From: Alphaproteobacteria bacterium
GTDB taxonomy: Bacteria; Pseudomonadota; Alphaproteobacteria; UBA828
Reading direction: 5' to 3'
Assembly: GCA_965221125.1 (NCBI GenBank)
Contig: CBDCRW010000002.1
Coordinates: 146,749-210,748 of the forward strand
Length of the DNA stretch: 64,000 nt
Shown here: positions 10,217 through 22,182 of the stretch, one piece after another
How the letters are laid out: each line of letters opens with the position of its first letter
How positions within the stretch are numbered: position 1 is the stretch's first letter
Translations under genes and position numbers: made by a program
The notes under the pieces: generated by a model
The model's input: only the letters and a program-made list of their open reading frames with translations
Told to the model about the DNA's origin: nothing
Database searches by the model: none

Positions 10217-10921
10217 GTAGCGGCGGAGGATGCCCTTGAGCTGCCCCTGCACCTTGACGCGGCCGGGGCCGAAGATGCGCGTCTCCAGCCGCTTGTTCGC
10301 GGGCTCCAGCGCGATCGACTCGCCCTTGCGGCGCAACCGCTTGAGCGTCACCTCGCTGTCGTCGACCAGGGCGACCACGATGGCGCCGTTCTCCGCCGTG
10401 TCGCAGCGCTCGATCACGGCGGTGTCGCCATCGAGAATCCCGGCTTCGATCATCGAATCGCCGTCGACCTCGAGCGCGTAGTGCTCGCCGGACCCCAACA
10501 TGGCGCCGGGGACATCGGTCTGGCTGGTCTCGTCGCGCAACGCCTCGATGGGCGTGCCGGCGGCGATGCGGCCGTAGAGCGGCAGCGCCACGCTCGCCCG
10601 GTCGTCGGACGGGCGCTCGGTCCCCCGCCCGGAGCGGAAATCGCCCTTGATGACGCTCGGCCGGAAGCGCCGGTTGGGCTGCCGTTGCGGCACGCTCTCG
10701 ACCCGCGACGGCGGCGGCCGCAGCACCTCGAGCGCCCGCGCCCGGTGCGGCAATCGTCGCAGAAATCCACGCTCCTCCAGTGCTTTGACCAGCCTGTGAA
10801 TGCCGGACTTGGACTTGAGGTTGACCGCCTCCTTCATCTCTTCGAAGGAAGGGGCGATCCCCCGTGTCTCCAGATACGAATCGATGAAGAGCAGAAGCTC
10901 TTTCTGTTTCTTGGTCAGCAT
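10214..10921 (-). CDS. lexA: SOS repressor LexA
   Basis: [30 protein letters not shown] cleavage site, GDSM and TLKR catalytic motifs. Confidence 0.97.
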   Translation of the reverse strand: MLTKKQKELLLFIDSYLETRGIAPSFEEMKEAVNLKSKSGIHRLVKALEERGFLRRLPHRARALEVLRPPPSRVESVPQRQPNRRFRPSVIKGDFRSGRGTERPSDDRASVALPLYGRIAAGTPIEALRDETSQTDVPGAMLGSGEHYALEVDGDSMIEAGILDGDTAVIERCDTAENGAIVVALVDDSEVTLKRLRRKGESIALEPANKRLETRIFGPGRVKVQGQLKGILRRY

Positions 10922-10940
10922 CGGACGAACTCCAGGAGCC

Positions 10941-10995
10941 GAACAAAGGGGCAACTGACGCGCCATGTTCTAGTTTGGTTCGCCCGCTATGTCAA
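10941..10995 (-). promoter_or_regulatory. lexA promoter with LexA boxes
   Basis: perfect GTTC-tagtttg-GTTC at 10967-10981 overlaps minus-strand TTGACA-N17-TAGAAC; a second near-box GAAC-N7-CAAC at 10941-10955. Confidence 0.88.
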
Positions 10996-11092
10996 GAGGC
11001 GCAGTTCTCCCGCGCCCGCGGTCATGCCGGAACGACCTCGGCCAGAGCCTGTCCCGGACCTTCCCGGCCGCGAAAGGCGTCCGCGAACTGCA

Positions 11093-11121
11093 TTGAACCT
11101 GCTTCGGCCAAGGGCTAGCAT
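11093..11121 (+). promoter_or_regulatory. sigma70-like promoter of the nitrile hydratase operon
   Basis: TTGAAC-N17-TAGCAT. Confidence 0.55.
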
Positions 11122-11153
11122 TTACCGAAGGATGCGACGGGGGGACCTCCGAC

Positions 11154-11762
11154 ATGGCACACGATCATGCTCACAATGCGCCTCCATCCGATACCGCGAT
11201 GAGGGTGAAGGCGCTGGAGACGCTGCTCACCGAGAAGGGCCTGCTCGATCCGGCCGCCATCGACGCCCTGGTGGAGACCTACGAGACCAAGATCGGCCCG
11301 CGCAACGGCGCCAAGGTGGTGGCCAGGGCGTGGACGGACCCGGACTACAAGGCAAGGCTGCTGGAGAACGGCAGCGCGGCGATCGCCGAGCTCGGATTCA
11401 GCGGCGTGCAGGGCGAGGACATGGTCGTCGTGGAGAACACCGACGACGTGCACAACATGGTCACGTGCACGCTCTGTTCCTGCTACCCGTGGCCGACGCT
11501 CGGCCTGCCGCCCATCTGGTTCAAGAGCGCGCCCTACCGGGCCCGCTCGGTCATCGACCCGCGCGGCGTGCTCGAGGAGTTCGGCGTCGAACTCTCCGAC
11601 GACGTCGAGATCCGCGTGTGGGACAGCAACGCCGAGCTCCGCTACCTGGTGCTGCCGCAGCGGCCGGCAGGCACCGAGGGCATGAGCGAAGACGCGCTGG
11701 CGGCGCTGGTGACCCGCGATTCGATGATCGGCACGGCGCTGGCCGAAGCGCCCGCCGCCTAG
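11154..11762 (+). CDS. nthA: cobalt-type nitrile hydratase alpha subunit
   Basis: [10 protein letters not shown] claw motif (Thr/Tyr, Co-type), [17 protein letters not shown]. Confidence 0.95.
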   Translation: MAHDHAHNAPPSDTAMRVKALETLLTEKGLLDPAAIDALVETYETKIGPRNGAKVVARAWTDPDYKARLLENGSAAIAELGFSGVQGEDMVVVENTDDVHNMVTCTLCSCYPWPTLGLPPIWFKSAPYRARSVIDPRGVLEEFGVELSDDVEIRVWDSNAELRYLVLPQRPAGTEGMSEDALAALVTRDSMIGTALAEAPAA

Positions 11763-11784
11763 CAGGTCGCAAGGGAGCAGAGCG

Positions 11785-12099
11785 ATGAACGGCATCCACG
11801 ACATGGGCGGCATGCAGTGCATGGGCCCGATCGTCCGCGAAGAAAACGAGCCCCAGTTCCACGAAGAGTGGGAGGGCCGGGTCTTCGGCATGTTCTTCAC
11901 CAACTTCGCCGAGGGCCACTTCAACGTGGACATGTTCCGCCACGCCATCGAGCGCATGGGCCCGGCCGAGTACCTGGAGACCTCGTATTACGAGCACTGG
12001 CTGCACGTCTACGAGACCGTGCTGGTGGAGCGCGGCGTGCTGACCAGGGAAGAACTCGACGAGAAGCTCGCCAGCCTTCGCGAAGCGGGAGGATCGTGA
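11785..12099 (+). CDS. nthB: nitrile hydratase beta subunit, N-terminal domain (split gene)
   Basis: MNGIHDMGG, FRHAIERM and SYYEHW motifs; ends after 104 aa. Confidence 0.88.
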   Translation: MNGIHDMGGMQCMGPIVREENEPQFHEEWEGRVFGMFFTNFAEGHFNVDMFRHAIERMGPAEYLETSYYEHWLHVYETVLVERGVLTREELDEKLASLREAGGS

Positions 12100-12452
12100 T
12101 GCCGACTCTGACGCCTGACATGGTGCCGGGCCTGGTGGCCGGCGGCGCCTCCTGCCGGATGGACGTGGACGTGGCGCCCAGTTTCAAGGTGGGCGACGCG
12201 GTGACCGCCCGCGACATCAACCCCGTGTCCCACACGCGCCTGCCGCGCTACATCCGCGGCAGGACCGGGCGGATCATGCGCGATCACGGCGTCTTCGCGT
12301 TTCCGGACACGTCGGCCGCGTCCGGCACCCACTGCGACCCGCAGCACGTCTACAGCGTGCGCTTCGAGGGGAGCGAGCTTTGGGGGGCGCATGCGAACGC
12401 CAACGCCTGCGTCTACATCGACCTCTTCGACGACTATCTCGAGAGCGCATGA
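12099..12452 (+). CDS. nitrile hydratase beta subunit, C-terminal SH3-like domain (split gene)
   Basis: HTRLPRYIRGRTG, YSVRF..ELWG and DLFDDYLE motifs; TGATG overlap and own GGGAGGA RBS. Confidence 0.85.
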   Translation: MPTLTPDMVPGLVAGGASCRMDVDVAPSFKVGDAVTARDINPVSHTRLPRYIRGRTGRIMRDHGVFAFPDTSAASGTHCDPQHVYSVRFEGSELWGAHANANACVYIDLFDDYLESA

Positions 12453-12823
12453 GCGACGCGCCGTCGGCCGACGATCTGCCGCAGCTTCCCTGGGAGGCCG
12501 AGGACGGGCCTGTCTTCAAGGAGCCGTGGGAGGCGACCGCCTTCGCCATGGCGGTGCGGCTGTCGGAGGCCGGCACGTTCACCTGGTCGGAGTGGGTTGA
12601 CTACCTCTCCGCCGAGATCGCGGCGGCGAAGCGCAGCGGCGAGCCCGACCTCGGCGATCGCTACTACGAGCACTGGCTGCGCGCGCTGGAGAAGCTCGTG
12701 GTCGACAAGGGGCTGGGTTCCGAAGCGGAGCTTGCCCGCCTCAAGCACGACTGGACCGAGGCGGCCGTCCATACGCCCCGCGGCAAGCCCATCGCGCTGA
12801 AGAAGCGCACGCCCGCCGATTAG
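12449..12823 (+). CDS. nitrile hydratase accessory/activator protein (P14K-like)
   Basis: PVFKEPWEA.AFAMAV.L, FTWSEW, YYEHWL.ALE, HTPRGKPI; ATGA overlap. Confidence 0.88.
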   Translation: MSDAPSADDLPQLPWEAEDGPVFKEPWEATAFAMAVRLSEAGTFTWSEWVDYLSAEIAAAKRSGEPDLGDRYYEHWLRALEKLVVDKGLGSEAELARLKHDWTEAAVHTPRGKPIALKKRTPAD

Positions 12824-12847
12824 CGCGGGGCGGGCGATGGCCTCGCC

Positions 12848-13699
12848 CTAGATCACCCTCACCGCATCGCCTCGCTTTACCGTCCCGCCCTGGATGACGA
12901 AGGCGTAGACGCCCGCGCACGGCAGCGACTCGCCGTCGAGCAGCGGGACCGGGAGGCGGTTGTGCTCGACGATGGTGCGGAGTATCTGCGGGTCCTTCGC
13001 GAGGTCCTCCTGCGCGAGGGTTGGGATCGAGCAGCGGGGCGTGGGATCGGAGATGCGGAGCCGCACGTCCGCGCCGATGGCAAGCTCGCGGCCGACCCAG
13101 TCGTTCTCGACGAAGCCGGTTTCGCCCTCCGGCGTCGCGATCGTCACGTTGGGGCGAAAGCGGCGCGCGTTGAACTTGGACTCAGGGCGGAGTTCCGCGA
13201 GGCGCGCCATCGTCGCCGTGGTGATGAGGTGCAGCGCCGCGTAGTCCGAGAACCGGCCCGCCATCATCAGCTCGCCGATGTCGACGATGGTCTCTTCGTC
13301 CGCGAGCGGGTCGAGGCGCTCGAGGCTCACGGTCTCGGGCCGCTCCGCGGTGAGCGTCACCGGCCGCCCCAGGGTATCGGAGAGGCGCGCGTCGGCGTCG
13401 CCGCCGTCGCTGGCGGCCTCCGCGCCGTCGGGCCAGACGATGCGGACCGGCGGCAGCGGCGCGCCGGCCTGGGGCGGGCTCGTGAAATCAGCGGCAAGGG
13501 CCATCAGCGCGGCCCACTTCTTCGGGGTCTTGGCGCTCCCCACCCGGCCGCTGGTCCTGTCGATCACGGCGTAGGCGCGATCCCCCAGGATGCCGCCCTC
13601 GGCAATCACGGCCTCGTCGAGCTTGTTGCCGGCCATCGACTTGACCGGATAGCGCCAGAGCGCCTTGACCGTGCCGCCGTTGGTACCCTGTGATGCCAT
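12848..13699 (-). CDS. MOSC domain protein (mARC/YcbX-like)
   Basis: RYPVKS, GDR, RFRPN and RC motifs. Confidence 0.88.
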   Translation of the reverse strand: MASQGTNGGTVKALWRYPVKSMAGNKLDEAVIAEGGILGDRAYAVIDRTSGRVGSAKTPKKWAALMALAADFTSPPQAGAPLPPVRIVWPDGAEAASDGGDADARLSDTLGRPVTLTAERPETVSLERLDPLADEETIVDIGELMMAGRFSDYAALHLITTATMARLAELRPESKFNARRFRPNVTIATPEGETGFVENDWVGRELAIGADVRLRISDPTPRCSIPTLAQEDLAKDPQILRTIVEHNRLPVPLLDGESLPCAGVYAFVIQGGTVKRGDAVRVI

Positions 13700-13748
13700 G
13701 ATCGATCCCTCCGTGATGTCCGCGCGCCGTGGCCGGGAGTGTCTCACA

Positions 13749-14225
13749 CTACTGATCGAGCAGTCCGCGGCTCCGGTGCCAGTCCTCCAGCGACTGGTCG
13801 GGATACGCGGCGAAGTGCGGGTCGCGCCTGCCCGACGGGATCCTGACCCAGCCGGGCGCGAATTCCGCCATGATATGGCAGCGCTCGGGCGGCGTCGGCA
13901 GGGCGGTGTCGATAGCCGAGGCGAAGGGGTGGATCAACTCGGGCCAGCGCGGGTCCCAGACCCAGAGCGCGCTGCCGCAGCGGCCGCAGAACCGCCGCTC
14001 GGCCGGGCTCTCGCTGCCGTCCTCCAGCGTGGCCCGGTAGACCCTGAGATGCCGCCTACCCTGAACGCTCAGCGTTTCCGCCTCGCCGCCGAGATTGATG
14101 GCGTAGCCGCCGCCACCGGCGGTCTTGCGGCAGATCGAGCAGTAGCAGTGCATGTAGGGGCGCGGCGTCCTGGACCGGAGCGAGAACCGGACGGCGCGGC
14201 AGTGGCAGGAGCCTTCGAGCAGCAT
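13749..14225 (-). CDS. GFA/CENP-V family zinc protein
   Basis: GSCHC, CYCSICRK and FCGRCGS motifs. Confidence 0.88.
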   Translation of the reverse strand: MLLEGSCHCRAVRFSLRSRTPRPYMHCYCSICRKTAGGGGYAINLGGEAETLSVQGRRHLRVYRATLEDGSESPAERRFCGRCGSALWVWDPRWPELIHPFASAIDTALPTPPERCHIMAEFAPGWVRIPSGRRDPHFAAYPDQSLEDWHRSRGLLDQ

Positions 14226-14378
14226 GGAATCCCCCGTGGGGCGGTTGGGCGTCGCGGGCACTTCGGCACAGTGTCGCGCGCTTCTGCCCTGAAAGCGATT
14301 TCGGCCGCTCCCGTTCCGCATCCTGGACAATTCAGGCGTTGGAAGGGACAGTCTTGCCTCCTCGGGAGACCCTCGGCC

Positions 14379-15599
14379 TTGAGCGACACGCCGCCCACAA
14401 CCAGCGAATCCGCCACAGCGCCGCCAGTCGAGCTTCGCTTCTCGCGCGACGAGTACGCGGCGCGGATCGCGAAGACCCGCCGCGCGATGGCGGAGAGGGG
14501 GCTCGAGCTGCTCGTCGTCTCCGACCCCTCCAACATGGCGTGGCTCACCGGCTACGACGGCTGGTCCTTCTACGTACACCAGTGCGTGCTGCTCGCCCAC
14601 GACGGCGATCCGGTGTGGTTCGGGCGCGGCATGGACGCGAACGGCGCGAAGCGCACCGTGTTCATGGCCCACGACGACATCGTGGCCTACGCGGATCACT
14701 ACGTGATGTCCACCGAGCGCCACCCGATGGACTACCTGAGCGAGGTCATCGCCGCGCGCGGGTGGGGCGCGTCGCGGATCGGCGTCGAGATGGACAACTA
14801 CTACTTCAGCGCCGCCGCCTACCGCGCGCTGGAGACGCATCTCCGCGATGCGACGCTGCGCGACGCGACGGGCCTCGTGAACTGGCAGCGCATCGTGAAG
14901 TCGGAAGCGGAGATCGCCTGCATGAGGAACGCGGCGCGCATCGTGGAGAAGATGCACGCGCGCATCCTCGACGTGATCGAGCCCGGCATGCGCAAGAACG
15001 ACCTGGTGGCGGAGATTTTTCACGCGGCGATTACCGGCGTCGACGGCGCCGGCGGCGACTACCCCGCCATCGTGCCGATGCTGCCGACCGGCATCGACGC
15101 ATCGGCGGCCCACCTCACCTGGGACGATAAGCCGATGCGCGCGGGCGAGGCGACCTTCTTCGAGATCGCGGGCGTCTATCAGCGCTATCACTGCCCGCTC
15201 TGCCGCACGGTGTTCCTGGGCAAGCCGTCGGCCCGCGAGCTGAACGCGGAAGGCGCGCTGCTGGAGGCCATCGAGGCGGGGCTCGAAGCCGCGAAGCCGG
15301 GGAACCTGTGCGAGGACATCCACCGCGCGTTCGCGGCCTCGCTCGCGCGCCACGGGCTCACGAAGGAGAGCCGCTGCGGCTACTCCATCGGGCTCAGCTA
15401 TCCGCCGGACTGGGGCGAGCGCACCATCAGCCTGCGCCCCGGCGACCGCACCGTGCTGCAGCCCAACATGACCATCCACTTCATGCCGGCGCTCTGGTTC
15501 GAGGACTGGGGCCTCGAGATCACCGAGAGCATCCGCATCACCGAGACCGGCGCGGAGACCCTCGCAAACTGGCCGCGCAAGCTGCAAGCGAAGGGGTAA
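14379..15599 (+). CDS. doeA: ectoine hydrolase (M24 fold)
   Basis: DPSNMAWLTGYDGWSFYVHQ, GGDYPAIVP, AHLTW and GYSIGLSYPPDWGERT motifs; TTG start after GGGAG (start approximate). Confidence 0.85.
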   Translation: MSDTPPTTSESATAPPVELRFSRDEYAARIAKTRRAMAERGLELLVVSDPSNMAWLTGYDGWSFYVHQCVLLAHDGDPVWFGRGMDANGAKRTVFMAHDDIVAYADHYVMSTERHPMDYLSEVIAARGWGASRIGVEMDNYYFSAAAYRALETHLRDATLRDATGLVNWQRIVKSEAEIACMRNAARIVEKMHARILDVIEPGMRKNDLVAEIFHAAITGVDGAGGDYPAIVPMLPTGIDASAAHLTWDDKPMRAGEATFFEIAGVYQRYHCPLCRTVFLGKPSARELNAEGALLEAIEAGLEAAKPGNLCEDIHRAFAASLARHGLTKESRCGYSIGLSYPPDWGERTISLRPGDRTVLQPNMTIHFMPALWFEDWGLEITESIRITETGAETLANWPRKLQAKG

Positions 15600-15609
15600 G
15601 GGGTAGCGC

Positions 15610-16293
15610 CTACACCTTAGAAGGGTCGGGCTGCTTGCCGTAGGTCTTCATGAACGCCAGGACCTCGGCCATCTTGCGCTGGGAGACGACCTTCGGGTCC
15701 TTGCCGGTGGCGGCGCCGATGGCGAGCGTGCGGATATAGAGCTCGGCCAGGTACTCGACCTCGGCGAGCAGGTTCACGCAGGCCTCGGGCGTCTCGCCCA
15801 GCACGATGCACCCGTGGTTCTGCAACAGGCAGGCCCTGCGCCCTTCGAGCGCGGGGAGTGCCACGTCGGAGAGCGCCTGGGTGGTGGGCGTGCGGTAGGG
15901 CGCGCAGCGGATGGTGGTGCCGCCGGCGGCCGCGACCATGTAGTGCACCGCCGGGATCTCCATCCCGTGCACGGCGAGCGCGGTGCAGTGGACGGCGTGG
16001 CTGTGCAGCACGGCGTCCACCTCCGGCCGCGCGGCCAGGATGTCGCGATGGAAGCGCCATTCACTGGTGGGGCGGCGGGCGCCGACGTGCGTGCCGTCGA
16101 AGCGCATCTCCACGATGTCGGCCGGCGTCATCGCGTCGTAATCGAGGCCGGAGGGCGTGACCAGGAAGCGCTCGCCCACGCGAAAGCCGACGTTGCCGGA
16201 GGTCCCATGATTGAGGCCGAGCGCGTTCATCCGCCGCGCGGCGTCGATGATGGCGCGCCGCGCCCTGAGATGCGTCGGTCTCTTGCCAGGCAT
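15610..16293 (-). CDS. class II aldolase/adducin family protein (fuculose-phosphate aldolase-like)
   Basis: GTSGN, TPSG, PTSEWRFH, HSH and NHG motifs. Confidence 0.88.
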   Translation of the reverse strand: MPGKRPTHLRARRAIIDAARRMNALGLNHGTSGNVGFRVGERFLVTPSGLDYDAMTPADIVEMRFDGTHVGARRPTSEWRFHRDILAARPEVDAVLHSHAVHCTALAVHGMEIPAVHYMVAAAGGTTIRCAPYRTPTTQALSDVALPALEGRRACLLQNHGCIVLGETPEACVNLLAEVEYLAELYIRTLAIGAATGKDPKVVSQRKMAEVLAFMKTYGKQPDPSKV

Positions 16294-16316
16294 GGAGGCC
16301 GGCCGGCGCTCTCGCG

Positions 16317-16981
16317 CTAACGCCCGCCCGCCGCGCCGGCGCCTTCGAGGGCCGCGACGATGGCCGCCGAGATGGCCTCGATGCCGCCGGAGCCGTCGAC
16401 CCGGGCGAAGCGCCCGCCGGCCTCGTAGTGAGGGATGATCGGGGCGGTCTGCTCGCGGTAGGCGGCGAGCCGAGCTGTCATGGTCTCGCGGTTGTCGTCG
16501 GCGCGGCGCGTGAAGTTCGTGCTCCCGCAGTGGTCGCAGACGCCTTCCGTGCTCGGCCGGTTGAACTGGTCGTGGTAGCCGGCGCCGCAGTCGGCGCAGG
16601 AGAAGCGGCCGACGATGCGCTGGATCAGCGCCTCCTCGTCCACCTCGATCGCGACCACCTTGTCGAGCGCGAGCCCGCGCTCGGCCAGCATGCGGTCCAG
16701 CGCTTGCGCCTGCGCCACGGTGCGCGGGAAGCCGTCGAGGATGAAGCCGGTGGCGCAGTCGGGCGCGTCGATCCGCTCGGCGATGAGCGCCACCATCAGG
16801 TCGTCCGGCACCAGCTCGCCGGCCTCCATGATCGCCTTGGCCTGGGTGCCGAGCGCGGTGCCCGCCTTCACCGCCGCCCGCAGCATGTCGCCCGTGGAGA
16901 GCTGGACGATGCCGAAGCGCTCGACCAGCCGCTGTGCCTGTGTGCCCTTGCCCGCGCCCGGAGGGCCGAGAAGGATCAGGT

Positions 16982-16985
<4 letters not shown>
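16317..16985 (-). CDS. adk: adenylate kinase
   Basis: [19 protein letters not shown] and LDGFPRT motifs; CxxC..CxxC LID; TTG start overlaps the secY stop. Confidence 0.96.
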
Positions 16986-18325
<1,340 letters not shown>

Positions 18326-18330
18326 GTTCG

Positions 18331-18834
18331 TCAGGCGTCCTTAGCCGTTTCCTCGGCCGTGGTGTCGGCCTTTGCCGGTGCGCTGAGGGCCACCGAGCCG
18401 CCGGCCGCCTCGACCGCGGCGATGGCGGCCTTCGATGCGCCGGTCACCTCGACGGCGACCGCGCTCTCGATCCGGCCCTTGGCGAGCAGTCGCACGCCGT
18501 GGCGCCCGCGCGTGAGGCCGGCAGCCGCGAGCGCAGCCTCGGTCACGGTTGCGCCCGCGTCGATGCGGCCGCGCTCGATCGCCTCCTGCAGGCGGCCGAT
18601 ATTCACGGTCTCGAAGGTCTTGCGGAAGCGCGCGTTGGTGAAGCCCCGCTTCGGCAGGCGCCGGTAGAGCGGCATCTGGCCGCCCTCGAAGCCCTTGAGG
18701 GCGACACCGGCCCGCGACTTCTGGCCCTTGTGGCCGCGGCCCGAGGTCTTGCCCGTGCCGGAGCCGATGCCGCGGCCGAGCCTGCGGCCCTTCCGGGACG
18801 CGCCGGCGCGGTCAGCGAGTTCGTTCAGCCTCAT
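18331..18834 (-). CDS. rplO: 50S ribosomal protein L15
   Basis: [27 protein letters not shown]. Confidence 0.97.
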   Translation of the reverse strand: MRLNELADRAGASRKGRRLGRGIGSGTGKTSGRGHKGQKSRAGVALKGFEGGQMPLYRRLPKRGFTNARFRKTFETVNIGRLQEAIERGRIDAGATVTEAALAAAGLTRGRHGVRLLAKGRIESAVAVEVTGASKAAIAAVEAAGGSVALSAPAKADTTAEETAKDA

Positions 18835-19055
18835 CACTCAGCCTCCGCGTCCACCGGCTCGGCCCGCACGAGGTGCGGAATCTTGTCGATCATGCCGCGC
18901 ACCGAGGGCGTGTCCTCGAGCACGCGGCTGCGGTGCATCTTGTTAAGGCCGAGGCCGACGAGCGTCGCGCGCTGATCCGCCGGCCGGCCGATGGGGCTGC
19001 CGATCTGGGTGACCCGCACCTTAGGCGCCGCGCTGCCTGCCTTGCTCCCAGCCAT
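18834..19055 (-). CDS. rpmD: 50S ribosomal protein L30
   Basis: SPIGR..QRATL.GLGL, position in spc operon. Confidence 0.95.
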   Translation of the reverse strand: MAGSKAGSAAPKVRVTQIGSPIGRPADQRATLVGLGLNKMHRSRVLEDTPSVRGMIDKIPHLVRAEPVDAEAE

Positions 19056-19058
19056 GGC

Positions 19059-19637
19059 CTACGCCTGCTCCGTCCGCTCCCTAGCGGACTCGTCCTGGCC
19101 GAAGATCTGGCCCACCGTGCGGTTGCGCTTGGCGGCGACGGCGCGGGGCGAATGGCAGCGCCCGAGCGCGTCGAAGGTCGCCTTGACCATGTTCTGCGGG
19201 TTGGACGTGCCGACCGACTTCGCGACCACGTCCTTCACGCCCAGCATCTCGAACACGGCGCGCATGGGGCCGCCCGCGATGATCCCGGTGCCGGGCGGTG
19301 CTGCGCGGACGATCACCTTGCCCGCGCCGAAGCGGCCTTCCACGTCGTGGTGGAGCGTGCGCCCCTCGCGAAGCGGCACGCGGACCATGCGCCGCCGGGC
19401 CTGCTCGGTGGCCTTGCGGATCGCCTCCGGCACCTCGCGCGCCTTGCCCGAGCCGCCGCCCACGCGCCCGCGCTGGTCGCCGACGACGACGAGCGCCGAG
19501 AAGCCGAAGCGCCGGCCGCCCTTCACCACCTTGGCGACGCGGTTGATGCTGACCAGCTTGTCGAGCAGCTCGGGCTCTTCGCGGTCGCGGTCGCGCCCGC
19601 GGCCGCCGCGATCGCGATCCATGGATGGTCGTGCCAT
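19059..19637 (-). CDS. rpsE: 30S ribosomal protein S5
   Basis: [22 protein letters not shown]. Confidence 0.97.
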   Translation of the reverse strand: MARPSMDRDRGGRGRDRDREEPELLDKLVSINRVAKVVKGGRRFGFSALVVVGDQRGRVGGGSGKAREVPEAIRKATEQARRRMVRVPLREGRTLHHDVEGRFGAGKVIVRAAPPGTGIIAGGPMRAVFEMLGVKDVVAKSVGTSNPQNMVKATFDALGRCHSPRAVAAKRNRTVGQIFGQDESARERTEQA

Positions 19638-19652
19638 ACCGGGCCCTTCCCC

Positions 19653-20003
19653 CTAGAAAGAGAGGCCGCCTTCGCGGGCTGCCTCGGCGAGCGCCTTCAC
19701 GCGCCCGTGATACTGGTATCCGCCGCGGTCGAACACGACCTCCTTGTGACCGGCGGCCAGCGCGCGCTCGGCGATGAGCGCGCCGACGCGCCCGGCAGCC
19801 TCGCGGTCCGCCCCGCTGGTGCTGCGCAACGCGCCTTCCACCGTCGAGGCCGCGGCCACGGTCCTGCCCTCCCTATCGTCGATGAGTTGGGCGTAAATGT
19901 GGCGGTTGGAGCGGAAGACCGAGAGCCGCGGCCTGCCGCCTGCGGCGGTGCGCAGCTTGAACCGCACCCGCTGCTTGCGCTTGTCGAATTCGCTGGTGCT
20001 CAT
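19653..20003 (-). CDS. rplR: 50S ribosomal protein L18
   Basis: [20 protein letters not shown]. Confidence 0.96.
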   Translation of the reverse strand: MSTSEFDKRKQRVRFKLRTAAGGRPRLSVFRSNRHIYAQLIDDREGRTVAAASTVEGALRSTSGADREAAGRVGALIAERALAAGHKEVVFDRGGYQYHGRVKALAEAAREGGLSF

Positions 20004-20005
20004 CG

Positions 20006-20539
20006 CTACTTCTTCTTGCCCTCCTTGCGCCGGACGTACTCGCCGACGTAGCGGATGCCCTTGCCCTTGTAGGGCTCGGGCTTGCGGAAGGCACGAATCT
20101 CGGCGGCGACCTGGCCGACCGCCTGGCGGTCGTAGCCGGCGACCCTGATCGCCGTCGGCCGTTCGCACGTGATCTCGATGCCGTCGGGAATGGGATAGCG
20201 CACCCGGTGGCTGAAGCCGAGATCGAGCGTGAGCGTGCGGCCCTCGACCGCGGCGCGGTAGCCCACGCCCTCGATCTGCAGGTTCTTGTGGAAGCCCTGG
20301 CTCACGCCCACGACCATGTTGTTGATGACGCTCCGGGTCAGCCCCCACATCTGGCGCGCGCGCTTGGTCTCGCCCCTGGGCGTGACCACGACCGCGCCGT
20401 CCGCGAGTGCGGCGTCCACCTCCGGCGCGATGGTGGCGGCGAGGCTGCCGAGCTTGCCGCTCACGCTGACCGCGGCGCCGTCGATGGAGACCTCGACGCC
20501 GTCCGGGATGGCGACCGGGTTCTTGCCGACGCGAGACAT
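20006..20539 (-). CDS. rplF: 50S ribosomal protein L6
   Basis: [21 protein letters not shown]. Confidence 0.97.
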   Translation of the reverse strand: MSRVGKNPVAIPDGVEVSIDGAAVSVSGKLGSLAATIAPEVDAALADGAVVVTPRGETKRARQMWGLTRSVINNMVVGVSQGFHKNLQIEGVGYRAAVEGRTLTLDLGFSHRVRYPIPDGIEITCERPTAIRVAGYDRQAVGQVAAEIRAFRKPEPYKGKGIRYVGEYVRRKEGKKK

Positions 20540-20540
20540 C

Positions 20541-20936
20541 TCAGAACACCCGGCAGAGCACTTCGCCGCCGACATTCTGCTTGCGCGCCTCGTTGTCCGA
20601 GAGCACGCCGCGCGGCGTCGAAAGAATGGAGATTCCGAGCCCGCCGTAGTGCTTGGGCAGGTCCTTGATGCCCGAGTAGACCCGGCGGCCGGGCTTCGAT
20701 ACCCGGTGAATCTCGGCGATCACCGGGCGGCCTTCGTGGTACTTGAGCTCGACGGAGAACGCCGGCTTGCCGGTGTCCGATTCCGCCGCCGCGTAGCCGC
20801 GGATGTAGCCCTCGCGCTCGAGCACGTCGAGCACGGAGCCGCGCAGCTTCGACGCCGGCGTGAGCACGGAGGACTTGCGCGCCTGCAGCCCGTTGCGGAT
20901 GCGGGTCAGCATGTCCGCCAGAGGGTCAGTCATCAT
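20541..20936 (-). CDS. rpsH: 30S ribosomal protein S8
   Basis: [20 protein letters not shown]. Confidence 0.97.
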   Translation of the reverse strand: MMTDPLADMLTRIRNGLQARKSSVLTPASKLRGSVLDVLEREGYIRGYAAAESDTGKPAFSVELKYHEGRPVIAEIHRVSKPGRRVYSGIKDLPKHYGGLGISILSTPRGVLSDNEARKQNVGGEVLCRVF

Positions 20937-20946
20937 GGCGTCAGCC

Positions 20947-21252
20947 TCACCAGCTCGATTTCACCATGCCCGGCACCTGGCCCGCCGAGGCCAGCTCCCT
21001 GAGCGCGATACGCGACAGCCCGAACTTGCGGTAGGTGCCGCGCGGCCGGCCGGTGAGCCCGCAGCGGTTGCGCACCCGCACCTGCGCGCCGTTGCGCGGC
21101 AGCTCTGCCAGCTTGAGCTGCGCCGCGAAGCGCTCCTCCGCCGGGCGCGAGCGGTCGCGCACGATGGCGCGGAGATCCGCCCGCTTGGCCGCATCCCGCT
21201 TCGCCATCCGCTGGCGCCGCTTGTTCTTCTCGATCGTGCTCTTCTTCGCCAT
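20947..21252 (-). CDS. rpsN: 30S ribosomal protein S14
   Basis: [18 protein letters not shown]. Confidence 0.97.
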   Translation of the reverse strand: MAKKSTIEKNKRRQRMAKRDAAKRADLRAIVRDRSRPAEERFAAQLKLAELPRNGAQVRVRNRCGLTGRPRGTYRKFGLSRIALRELASAGQVPGMVKSSW

Positions 21253-21275
21253 CTCTCAGCCCGGCCCCTCCGCAC

Positions 21276-21860
21276 TCACTGGCCGACGAACGGCATCTGA
21301 AAGCCGGCAAGCAGCGCGCGGCCCTCGTCATCGGTCATCGCCGTCGTGCAAATGACGACGTTCATCCCCCGCACCTGGTCGACCTTGTCGTAGTCGATTT
21401 CCGGAAAGACGATCTGCTCCTTGAGGCCCAAGGCATAGTTGCCCCGGCCGTCGAAGGCGCGCCCGGAAAGGCCGCGAAAGTCGCGCACCCGTGGCAGCGC
21501 GATGGTGATCAGCCGGTCGAGGAACTCGTACATCCTCTCCCGCCGAAGCGTCGTCTTGCAGCCGACCTGCATGCCCGTGCGCACCTTGAACGCGGCCACG
21601 GACTTGCGCGCCTTGGTGATGATCGGCTTCTGCCCCGCGATCAGGGTCATGTCCTGAAACGCGGCGTCGACCTTCTTGCCGTCGGTGGCACCTTCGCCCA
21701 CGCCCATGTTCAGCACGATCTTCTCGAGCCTGGGCGCCTGCATGGCGTTGGTGTAGCCGAACTGCTCCATGAGCTGAGGCCTGATCTCGCTCTCGTAGAG
21801 CAGTTTCAGCCGGCTCGGCTCCCTGGCGCCGCCGTTCGGCTGGCCGTTGGTCTCAGACAT
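21276..21860 (-). CDS. rplE: 50S ribosomal protein L5
   Basis: [23 protein letters not shown]. Confidence 0.97.
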   Translation of the reverse strand: MSETNGQPNGGAREPSRLKLLYESEIRPQLMEQFGYTNAMQAPRLEKIVLNMGVGEGATDGKKVDAAFQDMTLIAGQKPIITKARKSVAAFKVRTGMQVGCKTTLRRERMYEFLDRLITIALPRVRDFRGLSGRAFDGRGNYALGLKEQIVFPEIDYDKVDQVRGMNVVICTTAMTDDEGRALLAGFQMPFVGQ

Positions 21861-22176
21861 CGATCACTTCCCCCGAGCGGGCGGCGACGCGCACCTTGCG
21901 CCCGTCCTCGAGCGTCTTGTAGCGGACGCGGGTGGGCCGGTCGCTTTCGGGATCGATCAGCGCCACGTTCGATATATGGATCGGCGCCTCGCGCTCGACA
22001 ATACCGCCTTGCGGATCGCCCTGTGTCGGCTTGACGTGGCGCTTGGTCACGTTGACGCCCTCGACGAGCACGCGGTCGGTCCTGGTCACGACCCGCAGCA
22101 CGGCGCCGCGCTTGCCCTTGTCCCGCCCGGTGAGGACGATGACTTCGTCATCCTTGCGTATCTTTCGCTTGCGCAT
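21853..22176 (-). CDS. rplX: 50S ribosomal protein L24
   Basis: GRDKGK.G KOW motif, EAPIHISNV. Confidence 0.97.
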   Translation of the reverse strand: MRKRKIRKDDEVIVLTGRDKGKRGAVLRVVTRTDRVLVEGVNVTKRHVKPTQGDPQGGIVEREAPIHISNVALIDPESDRPTRVRYKTLEDGRKVRVAARSGEVIDV

Positions 22177-22182
22177 GGCGGC

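Noticed and set aside
11154-11762. Thiocyanate hydrolase
   Set aside because: The alpha subunit has the NHase-type CSCYPWP motif and gene order. Not formally excluded without an assay.
11785-12452. nthB as a frameshifted pseudogene
   Set aside because: The break falls in the interdomain linker with a TGATG overlap and a strong RBS, and the conserved residues are intact. Kept as a split gene, though a read check is still needed.
16500-16610. Four-cysteine LID in adenylate kinase
   Set aside because: Metal-binding LIDs are already known in alphaproteobacterial Adk.
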